DNA from: Candidatus Velthaea sp.
Lineage (GTDB): Bacteria; Vulcanimicrobiota; Vulcanimicrobiia; Vulcanimicrobiales; Vulcanimicrobiaceae
Direction of reading: 5' to 3'
Length of the DNA: 19,523 nucleotides
Assembly: GCA_050012475.1 (NCBI GenBank)
Contig: JBEKHC010000094.1
Span: 1-19,523, forward strand
This document shows positions 16,243 through 19,523 of this stretch, piece after piece. The stretch's first letter is position 1; every line of letters starts with the position of its first letter. The notes under the pieces were generated by a model that made no database searches, was not told the origin of the DNA, and saw only the letters and a program-made list of their open reading frames with translations. The position numbers and the translations under genes are program-made.

Positions 16243-17910
16243 TCAGGCGCGCGTCGTCGCGCGCCCGGCACCGCTGGTCGCTGCGGTGACGATCGTGCGC
16301 GCCGCGTCTTGGATGGCGTGCAGATGATCGAGGCCAAGGAAGCTCTCAGCGTAGATCTTGTACACGTTTTCGGTTCCGGACGGGCGGACCGCGAACCAGC
16401 CGTTCTCGCTGGTGACTTTGAGCCCGCCGATCGGCTGATTGTTGCCTGGCGCCTTGGTCAGCACTGCGGTAATCGGCTCACCCGCGAGCTCACGTGCTTC
16501 GACTTGCTCGGAGGAAAGCGCGCCCAGCATCGCTTTTTGCTCGGGAGTGGCCGGAGCATCGATGCGTTCGTAGACCGGATCGCCGAATTTCGCGGTCAAG
16601 TCGCGGTAGTGATCGCCCGGATTCTTGCCCGTCACCGCGGTGATCTCTGCGCTGAGCAGACCCATGATGATGCCGTCTTTGTCGGTCGTCCACGTGAGGC
16701 CGCCGCGTTCGAGGAATGACGCTCCGGCGCTCTCCTCGCCGCCGAAGCCGAGGCTGCCGTCCGAGAGCCCGTCGACGAACCACTTGAAGCCGACCGGGAC
16801 TTCGAGCAGCCGCCGGCCCAAGTCGGCGGCGACGCGGTCGATGATCCCGCTGCTGACCAGCGTCTTGCCGACCGCCGCCTCCGGTCGCCAACCCGGACGG
16901 TGAGCGAACAGATACCCGATTGCGACGGCAAGATAATGATTGGGATTGAGCAGGCCGGCGCTCGGGGTGACGATGCCGTGCCGGTCATGATCGGTGTCGC
17001 AGGCAAACGCGATGTCGAATTGATCGCGCATCGCGATCAGCCCGTTCATCGCATAGGGCGACGAACAGTCCATGCGGATCTTCCCGTCGCGATCGACCCG
17101 CATGAAGCGAAACGTCGGGTCGACTTCGGGATTGACGACCGTCAAGCGCAGGCGATAGCGTTCGGCGATCCGGTCCCAATAATGGACGCCCGCGCCGCCC
17201 AACGGGTCGACCCCCATGGTCACGCGCGCTTCGCGGATCGCGTCCATGTCGAGCACAGAAGCCAAGTCGTCGACATAGCCGGTGACGTAGTCGAAGTGAT
17301 GCGTGGTGGGCGCCGCGATCGCCCGCGCGTACGGGATGCGTTTCACGCCCGAGAGCCCGCTGGCGATCAGGTCGTTCGCGCGTTGCTCGATGACACGCGT
17401 GACCGAGGTGTCGGCCGGGCCTCCGTTCGGCGGATTGTATTTGTAGCCGCCGTCTTCGGGCGGATTGTGCGACGGCGTGATGACGATGCCGTCGGCGAAG
17501 CCCGAGCGGCGCCCGCGATTGTACGTGATGATCGCACGCGAGAGGGTGGGCGTGGGAGTATAGCCGCGCGCGTCGTCGATCATGACGTCGAGATCGTTGG
17601 CGGCGAGCACTTCGAGCGTCGTGGCGAAGGCCGGTTCGGACAGCGCGTGCGTGTCCATCGCCAAGAACAGCGGTCCGTCGATCCCCGCCGATTGGCGGTA
17701 TTCGCAGATCGCTTGGGTCATCGCGACGATATGATCTTCGTTGAACGCCGTCGCAAAGGCCGAACCGCGATGTCCGGAGGTTCCGAACGCGACCCGCTGC
17801 GCGGGGATCGAAACATCCGGCTTGCCGGTGTAATATGCCGTTACCAGGCGCGGAACGTTGACGAGCATCTCGAGCTCGGGCGGCTGCCCCGCCAAGCGAT
17901 GCACGCTCAC
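16243..17910 (-). CDS. pgm: Phosphoglucomutase (alpha-D-glucose-1,6-bisphosphate dependent, ~555 aa)
   Basis: [10 protein letters not shown] start (GTG 17910), [11 protein letters not shown], phosphoserine TPSHNP, metal loop [28 protein letters not shown]. Confidence 0.96.
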   Translation of the reverse strand: MSVHRLAGQPPELEMLVNVPRLVTAYYTGKPDVSIPAQRVAFGTSGHRGSAFATAFNEDHIVAMTQAICEYRQSAGIDGPLFLAMDTHALSEPAFATTLEVLAANDLDVMIDDARGYTPTPTLSRAIITYNRGRRSGFADGIVITPSHNPPEDGGYKYNPPNGGPADTSVTRVIEQRANDLIASGLSGVKRIPYARAIAAPTTHHFDYVTGYVDDLASVLDMDAIREARVTMGVDPLGGAGVHYWDRIAERYRLRLTVVNPEVDPTFRFMRVDRDGKIRMDCSSPYAMNGLIAMRDQFDIAFACDTDHDRHGIVTPSAGLLNPNHYLAVAIGYLFAHRPGWRPEAAVGKTLVSSGIIDRVAADLGRRLLEVPVGFKWFVDGLSDGSLGFGGEESAGASFLERGGLTWTTDKDGIIMGLLSAEITAVTGKNPGDHYRDLTAKFGDPVYERIDAPATPEQKAMLGALSSEQVEARELAGEPITAVLTKAPGNNQPIGGLKVTSENGWFAVRPSGTENVYKIYAESFLGLDHLHAIQDAARTIVTAATSGAGRATTRA

Positions 17911-18100
17911 GCGCGTGAATACCGCGTTTGCGGACGAGGCGACGAACCGATCGCAGTCATAGCCGTTTCCCTTTTCCTCTCTGGGTGGGGCGATGAAACC
18001 AAAACTGGGCCGGGCGGGTTCGTTCTTCCTCGGCCCGGCGGAAACATCGTCGGAAACGCCGGATCGGCGGCGAATGCCGGGACGGGAGATGAAAAACGTG

Positions 18101-18652
18101 ATGGCAGAGTCCGGTTTGCGGGCGCAGCCCGTGCGGCTCGCGGCGGATACCTTGGCCACGCCGCTGGGTGAACTGTTCATCGTCTGCGACGACGACGCGC
18201 TGTGCATCGTTGACTACGACGGCTTCGACGAGCGGGTGCGAGCCTCACTGGTGCGCCGCTTCGGTGCGCACGAGTTCGTTCGAACGGCGAATCCGCTGGG
18301 TGCAACGGCGCTGCTCGAACGCTATTTTGCCGGCGACCTCGCAGCGATCGATGCGCTCCCGGTCAATCCCGGCGGCAGCACCTATCAACGCCGCGTGTGG
18401 CAAGCGCTGCGCGCGATCCCGCCCGGCCAAACGCGAAGCTACGGCGAACTTGCCGTGCAGCTGGGCGGCACGCATGCGCGCGCTGTCGGGCAGGCGAACT
18501 CGCTCAATCCGATTGCGATCGTCGTGCCGTGTCATCGGGTGATCGGCGCCGACGCGACGTTGACGGGTTATGCCGGCGGTCTGGCGCGCAAGCGCTGGCT
18601 GCTCGATCACGAGGCCGCCTGCGGCAAGATCCCGCTTCCGTTTTACGTTTAA
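18101..18652 (+). CDS. ogt: Methylated-DNA--protein-cysteine methyltransferase
   Basis: [37 protein letters not shown], active site [19 protein letters not shown]. Start could be 18089, 18098 or 18101 (GGGAG at 18084-88). Confidence 0.93.
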   Translation: MAESGLRAQPVRLAADTLATPLGELFIVCDDDALCIVDYDGFDERVRASLVRRFGAHEFVRTANPLGATALLERYFAGDLAAIDALPVNPGGSTYQRRVWQALRAIPPGQTRSYGELAVQLGGTHARAVGQANSLNPIAIVVPCHRVIGADATLTGYAGGLARKRWLLDHEAACGKIPLPFYV

Positions 18653-18735
18653 GTAAACGATGGCCCACCGGGGCCTCACCCGGGTTGGCGGTATCTCGAA
18701 AGGGCCACACCCAAGCGAATGAAAATATCTGCGTT

Positions 18736-18869
18736 GTCGCCCAGTGACGTCGGACTTGCATGGTGCCAAGAGCCCGAGTTTAAGTGGGACGCGGGAGCCT
18801 CGGGGCACATCAAACTGTTGCTACGAGCACGAACATGAGACTCTTCATGATGGGGCTCCTCTGGGTGGC
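18736..18869 (+). ncRNA. Candidate IS110 bridge/seek RNA (structured 5' non-coding region)
   Basis: Closing stem GTCGCCCAG 18736-44/CTGGGTGGC 18861-69; inner stem GGAGCCTC 18794-801/GGGGCTCC 18852-59; hairpin CATGA 18834-38/TCATG 18845-49; several G-U pairs. Position matches known IS110 left-end RNAs. Confidence 0.55.
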
Positions 18870-18889
18870 CTTTCTTGCGGGGGTGTTTG

Positions 18890-19523
18890 ATGGAGACGAT
18901 TGTCCGGCGTTGTGCCGGCCTTGACGTTCACAAGGAATCCGTAGTGGCCTGCGCTCGTGTGATCGACGACAACGGCGAACTGCAGCTGTCGACGCAGACC
19001 TTCGGGACAACGATGAGCGACCTGCTCGTTCTAAGCGACTGGCTTGCAAGTCATGGAGTCACGCTGGTTGGGATGGAGTCGACGGGCGTGTTTTGGAAAC
19101 CGGTGTACATGCTGTTGGAGGCAGAGTTCGAGTGCTGGCTGCTCAACGCTCAGCACTTACGCAATGTTCCTGGCCGCAAGACCGACGTTGGCGATGCGGC
19201 CTGGATCGCGCAACTCGTCGCGCACGGACTGGTCCGCCCGAGTTTTGTGCCGCCCAAGGAGATCCGCGAGTTGCGCGAGGTCACCCGCTATCGAAAGGCG
19301 CTCATTGAAGAGCGCACGCGGGAAGCTCAACGGCTACACAAGATCATGGAAGGGTCCGGCATCAAACTCGCCAACGTCGCCAGCGACATTTTGGGCGTTT
19401 CGGGGCGAGCGATGCTTAACGCTCTGATCGGTGGGACACACGATCCGGAGGTCTTAGCCGAATTGGCTCGGGGCAAGCTGCGCAAGAAGTTGCCGGCATT
19501 GCGAAAAGCGCTCAGCGGCTGGT
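18890..19523 (+). CDS. IS110 family transposase/recombinase (DEDD RuvC-like domain), partial
   Basis: Not in the ORF track because it has no stop in the window. ATG 18890 reads METIVRRCAGLDVHKESV...GMESTGVFWKPV...PGRKTDVGDAAWIA...; D-E-D-D tetrad intact, frame open to the window end. Confidence 0.95.
   Translation, partial: METIVRRCAGLDVHKESVVACARVIDDNGELQLSTQTFGTTMSDLLVLSDWLASHGVTLVGMESTGVFWKPVYMLLEAEFECWLLNAQHLRNVPGRKTDVGDAAWIAQLVAHGLVRPSFVPPKEIRELREVTRYRKALIEERTREAQRLHKIMEGSGIKLANVASDILGVSGRAMLNALIGGTHDPEVLAELARGKLRKKLPALRKALSGW

Larger units (their letters stand above)
18720..19523 (+). mobile_element. IS110-family insertion sequence, left part (left boundary approximate)
   Basis: IS110 transposase preceded by a structured non-coding region; the right end is outside the window so ends cannot be fixed. 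Confidence 0.8.

Overview
High-GC bacterial chromosomal segment. A Terrabacteria lineage such as Eremiobacterota/Vulcanimicrobiota is a tentative guess, based on the GAAC-N4-GTTC LexA box and apparent leaderless starts. Left to right it contains: ftsX (partial) and ftsE; an acyl-CoA dehydrogenase; a signal-peptide-bearing BCP peroxiredoxin followed by a photoactive-yellow-protein (PYP) homologue; a YhaN/YhaO-like (SbcC/SbcD-like) ATPase-nuclease pair; a Tat-like dienelactone hydrolase; a soluble 3xPAS chemoreceptor; an AT-richer islet with an unusual HNH protein, an orphan ORF and a phased DnaA-box cluster; dnaE2 behind a perfect 38-bp palindrome built on a LexA box; a decayed PAS-GGDEF pseudogene abutting a 31-bp tandem array; pgm; ogt; and the left part of an IS110 element with a structured 5' non-coding region (candidate bridge RNA). 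The most interesting leads are the ACAD-Prx-PYP trio lacking local TAL/pCL genes, the symmetric SOS promoter that may also drive a divergent small RNA, the HNH/DnaA-box islet, the 31-bp array and the IS110 non-coding RNA. All family assignments come from motif recognition by eye; no searches were run.
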